From Antedon mediterranea (lineage: Eukaryota; Animalia; Echinodermata), in assembly GCF_964355755.1 (NCBI RefSeq), contig NC_092677.1:11616101-11680100 (forward strand): DNA of 64,000 bases. Direction: 5' to 3'. A program made the translations under genes and the position numbers. Of this stretch, positions 13,056-26,400 are shown in pieces; position 1 is the stretch's first letter; each line of letters opens with the position of its first letter. The notes under the pieces are model-generated. The model was not told the DNA's origin, ran no database searches, and saw only the letters and a list, made by a program, of their open reading frames with translations.

Positions 13056-14405
13056 TTGATTTTCAGAAAACAGAATACACTGTATATGCATTAATTGAGG
13101 TTTTATTGAAAGTGCTAAATCATTGTCCGAAAAGTGCATAGAATCTTTACAAACGATTTTAACATTTGCATATAAAAAGCAACCCAGAAATAAAATCTTT
13201 AAAATGAAAATTGTATTTACAAATTTATCAAATACAGGTTTGAAAATGAATATTGAGAAAGGTGTAAATTAATCGTCTAATAGTTCCTACTGTAGCTGTT
13301 AGGTCTACGTGTTATTTTTTTTAATCGTACAGGCCTACTATATGTATTTTATCGGATAATTAGGTGATTACATAATGTTCATCTTAGTTATTTATATGAT
13401 TTTGAATTATAACCGTACGTATTTAAATATTACAATGAACTCTAAATAAATAAAATATTTAAATCAATTATATAGTAAAAACATTGAGAACAGTAGAGTA
13501 TACACAATTTGTCACACAATAATACCACTTTCGCACCGCCTAGCAACAATTCTGCACACACGCACATGCAATAGCCTACAAGGGGCATTGGTAAAATAGC
13601 AAGGGGATAATAACAATAGACTGTAATACCAGATAAATAAAATTCCATTTCTTTTTTAAATATTAAGATACAAAGTGCTTATAAATGTTTAGCAAAAATA
13701 TATCTTATTACACAAGGCATGATGTTTGTAGTTTTTGTGGGTTTTATCTCCAAGTCATTTTGAATATTAATGCCTAAAGGAGTATAAACATCTTATTTTA
13801 AAATTATATTTTGACAAACCATTTTCAATCATATAAACATATCTCTTATAATAATTTACTGTGACTATGAAATATCTACTTTTGTTTTAACGTGCACTGT
13901 TATACATAAATATTACTTATTTGGTCTAAATGTATGTGTTATGTATGTTTATTTACATATTATTTTAAATTAGTACTTACTGAAAGTGACTGTATTTCAT
14001 CGGGTTGTTTAGGCCGTATGACCTGTTATGCGCGCCAATGTTTGAATCATAAATTAATCTAGTTGTAGGCCTATGCATGCCAAGAGTTTGATTTAACCAG
14101 TTGGCCTAAAGTAAGACCTGCCGGACTGAATCATTCAGTTACCCCGGAGAATGTCAGTAACAATCAGCATACAAATGGCTGTATTTTCTTCAGCATATTG
14201 TATTTATAATGATGATATATTCAATCATTATTAAAGTCTTGTGCCGTTCACACCAAGGAAGAGTGAACTCTTTCTTGGTTTACACCATTAATCCATCAGA
14301 TACATTCCACTTTCTGCCTGTTGTCGAGTTAAGTTATTGCAGTTAAAACACACACATGGTATATGGTAGGAAATACAATTACAGAGATCACTTACTTCTT
14401 CACTC

Positions 14406-17400
14406 CTATAAAGCGTCTTCTTGTATAATGTCCCTGTGAAAATCAAAATCAATCAGATTCAAGAATCAAAGAGTAGGCCTACACTTTATACACGTTATAT
14501 TGATAACAATAATGCTGGAGTCTAGGATGGAGGACTGTTATTACACAGGTTGAATACTTCACAATTGTTTATATTGAATAGGTGTCATATTTGAATATTT
14601 TCATTTAAGGGGTAAACAAAAAAGGTAACTTGACATAAGTTTCTGTAAAGACATCAACACTGTAAACTTACATTTCATCTTTAACAATAATGCTTGAGAA
14701 ACTGTGTTTTTTCTTGAGTGTGTCCAGGTTAAACTTTGCTTTCCTATTTGAATTATTTGTTGTAGCTCTGAATGGAATATTTATGTCTGCCGTAACTTTC
14801 AATAAACCACTTGTCTTCGTTGTCCACGGCCCGCCCATTACACCTCCATTAGTTGGAACCGATCCGTTTGGTCTCTGTGAGCTGGTTTCTATTAATTTTC
14901 CGTTCGGTACAGGTGGTACTAGGCCGTTTGGTACTTGTTGTTGCACTTTGGTAACAGGCGCTGGTGCTGTGGTAACAGGTGGTGGTGCTGGTTTCTTTAC
15001 TTCCGACGAATCAGATTTTGCCTGAGCCGTAGCACCAGCTTTGAGTCTTTGTATTAATGAACTAAAGGCATCGGCTGTTGGGTCATTATCGGACGCGTAT
15101 TTAGCAAATATAGCGGACGGTTCATTATCTATTGAGAAATAAAAACAACATAAATAATAATAGGGCCTAGTGTACATTATTAAATGACATTAATTACATT
15201 CTATATCACAATTATCTCCGTTGGGTCAATTTTATTAATGCTCGCAGATTTTCTCTCATCATGTTATTATTTAACTTTACAAACACGATGGTCTGTTTTT
15301 AGCCTGGAAAATGTTGACTAGGGCGCATGCGTATTATTATTTCACCGACCTTAATGAAACCAAATCAGGATGGTTCGATTCGCGCGAATATTCGCCGAGT
15401 GGAATATAGGCCTATGCTTTACAGATTCACTTGAATCACAATGAACAATAGGAACACGTCGAAATTGCCATCGCAATTCTACTGTTTTGATTTTTATTCT
15501 TAAAATAGTAATTAATTCAAAAGTAGTAACATTAAACATTAACATTTGTTGTAGGTTTTAGAATAATATAAAATGTAAATATATTCCACCTTCATAACTT
15601 TTGAATGGAGATTCCACCTCTTTCTCTACGCCACAGTTGCAAACCCTGTTGCATCGTCTTTTCAACCTAAATGCGATTAACATTAAAAACAGTAGACCAA
15701 TAATTGCCAGTGTTCCGGACCATAGTGGCTCTGTTAAGATGTATGAAATCTTCTGCTCTGTGCATTGAATTCCTATAATAAAAGTATATATAGAACATAT
15801 CATTTTCTTGTACATGGCTCAGGTTGTGTGAGTAAACATGACCTATTATTGAAGAATTTGGGAGTATTCTTGGTTGTGGGAGCTTGATCTAAAGGGGACA
15901 AATTTTAAGTATCGACAATCCAACAGTTTCTGTTTTCATTAAATAGGCTTGAGAAATTTGAGTGATCTTGTTGGAGAAAGGTGAAATATAACATTTTTAC
16001 CTGTAAAATCTTCAGTGCAACTGCAAATGTAGCTGGATTTATCAACAATACATTCGGCTCCATTTTTGCATGGGCTTGCATCGCATGCTGTTTTCACGAC
16101 CATAGGGTTCAAAATTCCTGGATCCCATACTTCGTTGGCTAAGGAAAACAATCATTACTGGTTGTACAGTATCATTACTTCTTAGTATAGTATTATATTG
16201 TTTGAAGGTTTGCATGGCGAAATCAAATGTTGATATAAAGTTTGCGGTACACCACGTGTATTAGTTCTGAAAGAACTGTTGAGTTTCTCGACGTTTCGAT
16301 CAATATACTTTGATCGTCCTCAGGAGTGAGAATGCAGAAAGTCCAGGAAACTTGGAATATAAGTGGAAAGAGTGGGACTGGTGTGAAAGCCAGAAACAAT
16401 GGCAAGTTCACACAGTGGGAGGGATTGAAACTAGCTATAGCAGAGCATTATAGTTAGTATTAATATCAACCTTTTCTCACTATTTTTGTTGTTAATACTT
16501 GGCCTATTTACAATACTATAAACTCTATCACCCAATTAAACAATGCTTAAGAGAGAATGAGAGAATATCTGAGAGTGTATTGAATCTTTAAAGACCTCGA
16601 CTTGTTCTATCAGTTACTGTTGCTATCATTCATTTTCCCCCATATAATGTTATAATATTTTACAATCCTGAATTTTTTTAACACCGCCTCCTACCTACCG
16701 TAACATTATTCTGTGTAATTTCAGATTAAAACTTTAAGTTAATGATTTTGAATATGTAGCATTAGTGACGTCATGCATGAGTAGAATTAATCTCAGAAAA
16801 TATCAAACAGTTAAATTGTAATTTACTAAAGCCTGAAGTTGTATCTGCATCATCAGTGACATAAGACGAGGACCTTTCCCCATGATTAAAGGATCAAGCT
16901 ATCAAGTACCAGGTAAGTATAGGCAAACACAACACTGAATGTATTCCTTTCAGCAAAAAAAAAAACCAAAATAAACAAACAAAACAAAACAAAAACAACA
17001 AAAAACAAACAAAAAACGTAATAGAAGCAAGTGCCGAGTCAAAAGCAGAAAAAATAATCACCGGGAAATTGTGTGATTCTTTACCCCGACTTCCGCAATG
17101 TAACAGAATCCGCCATTGATTGTTTCCATATTTTGATAAGTTAAAAGATGACAGTAAAGTAAAGTAAAGTACTTACATTTGATGATCCTGAAAGATGCTT
17201 TGACACCAGCATTGAGTGGTTCATTTACACTTCCGGATAATACCCGGACAGCAAGTTTATGATACGTTGACGTAAAACTAAAGTTTTTCAAATTTGTAAT
17301 AAGCCCATCGCAGATAGTCGCTAAAACTTTCTCTTGGCCATATTGTTCAAAGTCAATGATTGAAACAACGTCCGTTAAACACCTTTACAAGTTAAATGAA

Positions 17401-20400
17401 AGCAAAAACTGTACATTTACATACTGGTAAACATATTAATCGTAAGGGCTAAATTAATACGGTATTTTTAGTATAGGTTAGTGGTAAAAGTGGGGATAAA
17501 TTACCAGGCGTGATATAATTAGTACACAGTATCATTTACAGAGATTGCCTTTTACGTCATTCAAAATAATGGTTTGGAAAAAGGCCACAGGCATATAATC
17601 TTCAATAAAAGTTAGCGTGCTATATTCATTTAGAGAGACGGGGACAGGTGATGTTTACTTACCCACTGGTACTTGTTGCGCCTCTACCGAAATCAATTTC
17701 CGTAAAGTTGAGAGTAGCGTGGAATCCAGTTGGGGCTAATAACGACGTCTCTTGGAATGTTAGAGAAGGAAAGGGGTTAGGATAGTCTAGGCTGGTTATA
17801 TTAGTCACATTCGGTGCCACTTCTGCATAATAAATTACCTGGCCAGATACACTAACTATTGAGAAAATAAATTTAATAATGTGAACAGTAGGATTGTTTT
17901 CATCTGTAACGAAGTACCAAACCGAAATTCGTTATGCACATACTATTTACTAGTTGTAACTTTTGGAACAGGTTTGGTATAGTATCAACTATACTGCTGA
18001 TATTTTCGAATTAAAATATAAATAGATGTTGTATTATCAAAGCATATTACCAGTTGTTTTACGGGAAAGCGTCCCCTAAATAAGATGTCCTTTAAATAGA
18101 TGTTTCCCAGGAGGATTCTACTGTCTTATTATTTACTATATTTTAGTAGTTTTGTCTTACAGAGACTTTTAACTGTAGACTTACCTGATGAATATCTTGC
18201 GCGGAATCCCTTAGAAGTTTCCAATTGGTCAGTCCGAAATCTGATTAACATGTCATTTGCATAGGATACATAATTTAATTTCCACAGTTCACTAGTCCTA
18301 TTTCCACAAATTCGATCAGAATATTCGGAAGATAAAAATATTTCTATAAAATCTTTCTGACAGTTTGTATCAAAATTTAAATCAAATGCATCAAATTGTA
18401 GCACCACGCGTTTGTCTAAAGGTACGCTAATATTTACCCAGCAATCAACATTGTTGAGATAGTTTTCAAAGGTTTGTGGACTTTGAAATGAGCCGTCTTC
18501 GGATGTATACAGTATGTCTTGACACACGGGAACAATTTGATAGGAAAGTGAAAATCCCCGTAAAGAAATGGAATAATCCGAATAAAAAGTTATATTCAAA
18601 ATATTGTATTTAGAATTGTATCGATAAGTATTTGCAGCCTTGTTACCACAATGCTTTGTTTTCCCAACAGAGTCACTAAGTAAAATATAATCGTATAAAC
18701 ACTCCGGCTGTTTCTCAATATCAAATGTATGAAATAAAAGTACGATTTGATTGCCAGGTTTCGTCACAAAAATCCATGTAATATTCATGTTATTCAAATA
18801 GTTTTCTGGAAAATCCGGACTCGTTAAAACTCCATATTCATCTTCTATAAAAATGTCAGTTGGATACGATAATGTTTCCTCTATTTCTGAAAATAAAACG
18901 TACATATATGTTATTTTTTTATTAAAAGTATATCGAAAATCTAGTTGTGGATTGGTGCTAAGTTTATATGGTGCGTCAATTTTGGAAAATTGTACGGGCG
19001 TCGTGCGTAAATTTCACCCAATTCTGTAGCTGTCACTATTAGGCTATAAAGTGTTGAACAGACTGTTGCAAGTCTACTAGATACATGTCTGGCTGTAACT
19101 AGCAGACTTGCAAAACAAGAGCAATCCTCGCTTATCAAACAGAGTCTTTAAGATTCTAGTATTTTAATAATATTTAATATACAGAACTGGTTTCTTTTTG
19201 GCAACATAAAATCAGGGAATTCAGTAAAGAATTGGGAAAACTAGGTCGGTTTCTGGAGAATAAATTATGTTTGTTTTTTAACAGCAACTAACATAGCTAA
19301 TTATAATTGTCTTCTGTTAAGAAATCGATCAAACACACAATTATTGAAGAATTACTGAAATTAATATCGCCATTATGCCAACACGAATCATTGATATTGT
19401 AGCCGAGAAGCTGGGAAGACAATTCATTATGACGGCGTCAGCAAGCTATAATGTTATGTCCATCATACTATATAAAATAAATTGGAGTAAATAGATGCAT
19501 GATGTCCATCTACCAAATGAGGAAAGTATGGTTAGTCATACGAAATTGACATCGTCAATAACTGAAAAAAAATTGTTCGTGGTTGTCACTAAAAATAGAA
19601 TTTTCTACGAATGGTTCCAGAAAAACTATTAAATAACTTTTCATTTCTATAAAGCATCGATGGAAGAGTCGAGCAAGAGTTTGGATAGGATCAGATATCC
19701 CGAGAAAAAGTTCCTCTTTCATCAATCATTTTACATCATCTGCATTCCTCAAGCACAACATTATCACAATCATTCTTCATAAAAATTAAAATTCATTCAT
19801 CATAAGTTGCTATAGAGAAAATTACAAATTTTTCCTTTGCTTAATCGTCACAAAAAGCAACCAAAGACAGACATTAAAATAATATGGAGACAGACATTTT
19901 ATAATTACTCTAATATAATCAATCTAATGTACTGAATATATTTGTTACTTTTTCGTCTGGTAGATAGATTATTCCCAGTAATTCGTGTTTTCTTAAATAA
20001 ATTACTGTGGATTTCCTTGGCTTTATGTAACACTAAAATACTTAAGTCCTATCCATTATTAATATAGTATCATTAATGGATTATTAATTTATAAATTGAA
20101 ATGTATTTGCGTCATTTAAAAAACAACGCCGTTATATTAATTATGCTGCTGACATTGTAGCAATAACTTAAGATGGACAGGTTAACTCGTGTTTGCACGA
20201 CTAAGTTTGTTTTGAGAAAACTGGTTACCATACTCGACGTGTACGTGTTACGATAGCACATATTAGTAGGCTAGGCCTACACAAAACGATTATAAATGAG
20301 CCTCCGGCTGATATTAAACAGCCCCCGCACTTTAGTTTCTCTAGACAGACACCACATTAGAATCAGCTGGTTTTAAAATCCTACCTGCAGCATTTTTTTG

Positions 20401-23400
20401 ACAAATATAGCCGGCTTCCACTCTACAAAGCTCATCAGCCCAATATGATTCAAAGCTGTTGTTGCCTAAAGAAGTTGTCATTATCATACAATCTTCATTG
20501 ATGACGTTGCTAGGTTGAGCGCGTGAATCACTAGAACCCTGGAACCAATCTAAAGAACACAACAATAGAGACATTTATATTATTTTCCATGAGACCTCTA
20601 TAGATAATTACAGTGTTATCTAGGGGCGCTCGATTAAGTCAGCTACACAAAGACGAGCTATCGATCAATAACCCTGACATTGGAGAAACCCACGCTGTCT
20701 TTCTGCTCCTTCTTGTTGAAACAACGCAATTGAAGAAAAGGCTAGTTTTTTATTTAAATGAAAATGTGGAAATCCTCGTGCAGCGCCGCAATAAGTGCGG
20801 GAAAATTTAACCTTCTTGTCTCCCCCTTCCTCTTCCTCCTATCTGGCAACATCTCTATCATCAAGTTCATTATGCTTCATGGAAAAAACTATGAATTTGT
20901 TATTGTAATAATAATATACAACCCAAAATTTAAGGGTCTAAAAATAGTTATTCCCTAAAATAAATCATAGGTAGGTTGAGGCGCCTATTTTAAATCCTGT
21001 AATTAGACTGTACAAGTTGCTTGGTTACAGATATTGAAATCATTACAACCTTGGAACCAATCCGATAATGATAGAGTGATAAATCTCGAAGGTTAATTAA
21101 TATTATCATAATCCATTAAAAGAGCTAAATATGAAAGTGTTTTTAATTTATGTGAAGAAACTATGGCTTTTAACCGAAGAGAGTGATGTTAAAACATTTC
21201 GACACGACTACGAAGAATAACGCGTGACAATTTATACTCATCGAGATGGCATAAAAGTCGATCATTTTGTAATTATAATCCCAAATCACAAAAAAACAAC
21301 CGAACGCCCCAAATATGGACTGTTTATATTCATTCTTTGTGATAATATTGCTATAATAATATGGTCATATATTGCGTAATCTCATGACCATTTACAAATG
21401 TCTTGACAATCCATACTGGCACCGATTGTGCGTGCGCGTCTACTCCAATGTTGTCGATTATGAAGGTATTGCTTGTTTATTGCCGCTAGACGTGATACCT
21501 CATGGGGAAGATTAACCATTTAAGTACGATGTTCTCTCACTCTTGTCGTACATTTCAAAAATATTATTGAGAAACAATTTAATATTTAGTTTTTAAAATA
21601 AGCATCTACGTCACTTGTGACGCAATTGACATGTTTCAATTGTTGTAACTTCATTAAAAACAGATGGGAATTTATATTTCTATCAAAATATTGATGACTT
21701 TGTTGTGCTATTTGTATCACCTGTGTAGTACTTGAACCTAACAGTGCACCATAGTGCGTTGTAAAAACAATATATATATACATTTGATCCGGAATTTGCG
21801 CGTGTACTCCAATAAGCACGACATTTAAGTAATGCTATAATGAGCCACTAAGTTTCACTATAAATAACGCGGGTGGTGATTTTAAATGAAACCACTTTAT
21901 TGTAGATACTATACCACATGCATATTCAACAATAGTGTATCGTAGGAAGCATTATGTTTTATTATGGACCGCAAATATCGGTATTATGCTTTTAATGTGG
22001 GAAGGAATATGGGCAAGACATGCCATTAACAAATTAATGATATTACAAGGTTGGGGAAGCAATAATACTCTAGTTGAAAATACTGTAGATGAAATGTTTC
22101 TAATGGGATAGAGCTCTTTTTTTATCTGGAATTTTGCAAGCAATATCCACATTTGCTGAGTGGAAATCAAAAAACAAGGCCATATAGATGGCTGCAGTCG
22201 CGTGCTCAAGTAAGTTTTTACCGACCGACCAACCAACCGACCGACATAGTGAGCTGTAGAGTCGCGTTGCACGCGACTAAAAATAAACCTATTCTACGCA
22301 TTGTGGGGGATATGCCATTGCATGGGCCGAAATCTACCAAATGACGGAAAACGGGCAAACGCGTCCCAACATCATAACAAAAGCAGTGAATTGAAATGAT
22401 GTATTTAATTGTGTAGTTGCTATAGGTCCTCGGTTCTCGAAAATCGAAAGCTATATAATGATGCAAAGTGCATTTGAGGGATAGAAGGTCGGCAGTCGAT
22501 ACATGAACGAAATATACTAAACTTTATGGGGAACAATTTACTATTTATAATATAGACATCGTGTGTGTTACCAAGGCAATCTAAAAACAGGACAATGAGC
22601 TCGCCTTGCCAAGATACTAAGATAGGAACTCCTAACAGTCCTTTGATCTTATGTCTGGCTGCGACAAGTACCAACGGTAATGTATCTACATTCTCCGCGG
22701 CGCGCGATCGAGGACCTGATCGTGTCGCAGCCACAGATAAACCAATTATCTCCGGAGCTCAGCATTCTGTCGTTAGATTGCCATGGTACTACTTATTTCA
22801 TAAAGATCATACAAAGCCCAACAATAATTTAGTGTTTACGATGCTCATGTATGTGGAAATCAATGGACTAGTAGTTTTATCATTATTGGACTGAGTAGTT
22901 TATCATTCAATGGAATTGGTTACTAATTTCCATAACCGATGTTCAGTAAATGATCTATATGCACATCTATAATTGTCAGCATCATTCTTATAATAAAGAA
23001 AGGCCTTGTATCAAAGAATATACATTAAAATATAAATTGTTAATATCTAAGTATTGTCTTTTTATTATTCTCTCTAGCCACTATTCACCAGTTTTATTCT
23101 ATATAATCCATTCAGGCAGCTCCCGTCTGCCTTCTTATTGGCTCTCACTTGTCTTGACGAAGGATTAGTGTTATCCTAGCTCGGTATTTTTTCTGGCTAT
23201 TTTACTTTATTGGTTTGATCTTTTTGCTTATTTCATGTGTTTCCATTGAGGTCCATAATACCATAAAAATGATCGTTCTTCAGCAATGCATCCTTGGATT
23301 TTAAAATATCTGATATACTGTATATTCTTTGCTTATTGATCACATACTAAATAACTTATAGAAATCTCACAAGATGTATATGTTTTTCAAGTTAACTAAT

Positions 23401-26400
23401 TATAATATATATTGCCACGTTACCAACTGGAGTGTTTTATTGAAGCAAGAAGTGTGTATGTTTTAACATCGATATTATTATATTAAATAAAAAGAAGAAT
23501 AATTTAGTGAATAAACAGAATATCTTGAACGACTAAGAAATGAGTTTAATAAGTAATTATTATATAAGCTTTAGAAGCAAATAGGTTGTGTTTGATGCTC
23601 GTAGTGATCAGTAATGAGGGGGTTCGGGTAACTGAGCGTAGGCCTACACAGAAAGATTTGTTTACAATGAGTTCAGCTGTCAATAGGTCTTTTACATTAA
23701 GTATACCTACTTGTGTATGTTACGTCAGTAGTATGGTCTCCTAATTTCCATTTCCATACACCTTCATTCTCACGATCCGTACCAGATAACCAATAGTGCG
23801 TAGTTGTTGTTAGTTGTGTGTCTTGTGCAAGTTTGTCTTGGAGGAATTCCTGTAATTCTCTATTTTCAATAGATGCTAGGGTACCCTTATGTCCAATATT
23901 ATAGCACGCCAGCGCGGCTGCTTCCCAGTCCAATTGAGGAGTGTCCACAATTTTTACACATTTCCCCTGTATTGGAATCCATTCAGGGTCGTCACACTTG
24001 TAGGTAACTAAAATTAACCAAAATATCAACTAATATTTTTGTTTCGACACAAACTATTCAGGAGAGGCCTCTATTAATTGGGGAGTTTACCGTGTAGTTC
24101 TCAAGGAGAAACAATAATAATGAAACCATTAATATAGCATTTGAGTGAGTTTGAGTATTTATTGGTATATTACGCTGCTAATTAATTGATTGATCTATTG
24201 CAAAATGGAATAAGATAAGATATTCTACTTACCTTCCTGGGATGAATAACTAACGTTGAATCCACTAAAATTCACCCATTCGTCCGAAACGAATCTAATA
24301 TCAACAAAATTTGTCTCCGAAACGAAAGTTAATAATTTTTCTTTCTCCGTGTAATTGCCACAATACACTTTACTGTTGTTTGTATTATCACTTATTTGCA
24401 CAAAATCATATAAACAATTTCTTTCATTTTCCAGAATAAAATGTTGAAATTCCAGGAGCACTCGGTGTCCAGGAAGGACGACGATTTTTGTTGAACAGGT
24501 GACGTCATTTGGGTGTGGTTGTGGGTAGTTAGGACTTGTTACAAACCCGGATGAACCAGTTACTGTTATGTTACAAAACGTTAGATCCGATTCTTGTGTT
24601 TCAACACCACCTGTAATTAAAAAGATACATTCATTAAACCTTAAAGATGTATTGTCTCCCTGAACAAATAATTATTAAAATAATTCTGTTGAATATGCCA
24701 TTTTAATGTCACATAATAGTTATCCACTTTGACCAAAAATTATATCGAAAAAAATGTATTTACCTGAAAAAACAGTAACGTAATTTAAAGCAAAAAATAG
24801 TCAAATTGGCTGCCAGCCAATGGATTTTTGATTGAATTTAACCATTTATTTTGTCATTTTATAAGTGAAAACATTATTTTGTTCACTTTTTTCTACAGAA
24901 GTGATTAATTTGATTAAAATGACAAAATAATCTATTCAAAGTCTCATTATATTAATCTTTATTTTTCATATTTTTGGGGACAATACATCTTTAACATTCG
25001 ATGAATTAGAATAAATTGAGAGTAGAACCTAGAAATAATTTTAATTAATTAATTAACAAGTCTGCATAATGTGCATGTGCTGCTGAACAAAAAACACTTT
25101 TTGCTTAGGTCAAAGTTAAGCAGTTCTTCGCTGACAAATTTAAGTTTTATTTATCAAACTACTTTGTATCTTTACAAATAAGCATGGAGTGGAATTGTGG
25201 CTTGGTGGTTATGATGCTTTGCTACCACTCCAAGGGTCCTGGGTTCAAGTCCCGTCACATGTCAGGATTCTAAGGACCAATTTACTCCACTCCCAAAGAC
25301 TTGTAATAAGACTTTGTTTATGTAGAGCATCTTGTGTATATGTTGTCTTGTGAACCTCTGAGGGTCCCTAATGATCAGCAATAGCTGGATAGATCACCCT
25401 CATTAAATATAGTTTAAAAAAAAAAAAGATTGTGTTTTAAGTATATGTAAAAATATTTGCTTAGGTTATTTTCAAAATAATTTACGTAGCATAATAATTG
25501 TCAAAAACAATATTAAAACTTTCAAATAATCATGTGAAAATATATTTATAAATATTAGCATTAATCCCTTTTCGCTGTCTTCGATTTTACGTTCAAAATA
25601 TTATTATAATTATGCTGTTAAAATAAACCACAAAAAATAGTATTATAACATAAAATCGCAAACAATAGTAGACATAAAATATCATATTCGTTATTGCTAA
25701 TAAAAAAAAATCAATAAATGTAGGTTACGAATAGAAAATAGGTAAATGGCTTTGACAATAACAAGCGTTTCAATTTTACTTTATAAATAAGAAATGTCCA
25801 ATAACGTAATAAGACACCACTATTCATATTGCGTTTAAACTAGTTATTATAGGTCGTTTTGAATAAAGCATGACAGTAGACTTACTTTTTCAAAATATTA
25901 TAGTTCGGTTTAACTAAATACAGTTTAAATTGCAAAGGCACATACCCCAAGGTATTTGACAGACAAATCCATTTAACGTCGCACAGGCAATATCATTCCA
26001 CTGCCATCTATTAGCAAAACTGTAACCTTTCATTGGCATGACAAACTGTCTGCGAAGTTCAACGCAATCTTGGTCGCTGTACCCGTCGTCATTCGGTTGT
26101 CTTCCAAAATATCTATGCTCAGGCCATCCTTCAAACCAGTCTAACGATCAATAATATCAAAAGAAAATGTCTAGTTTCTCTAAAAATGTCACCGCGTAAA
26201 GCTCTGTCTACACTATCAAACTATATGGACATGATGTCATATCACTATTTTGGCCATATCACTACCGTACTACATTTGGGCACATACCACTTTTTTAATA
26301 GTGTAGACAGAGCTTTAGGTGATGAAGGTGATTAGGATCATTGTGATTGAGCATTTAGTTTTCGTTAACTTTTCTATGTTTTTACTTGTTTTTTTTAAAT

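Noticed and set aside
14690-15025. 111-aa + strand ORF
   Set aside because: Antisense shadow of the cytoplasmic-tail exon of the CUB/lectin gene.
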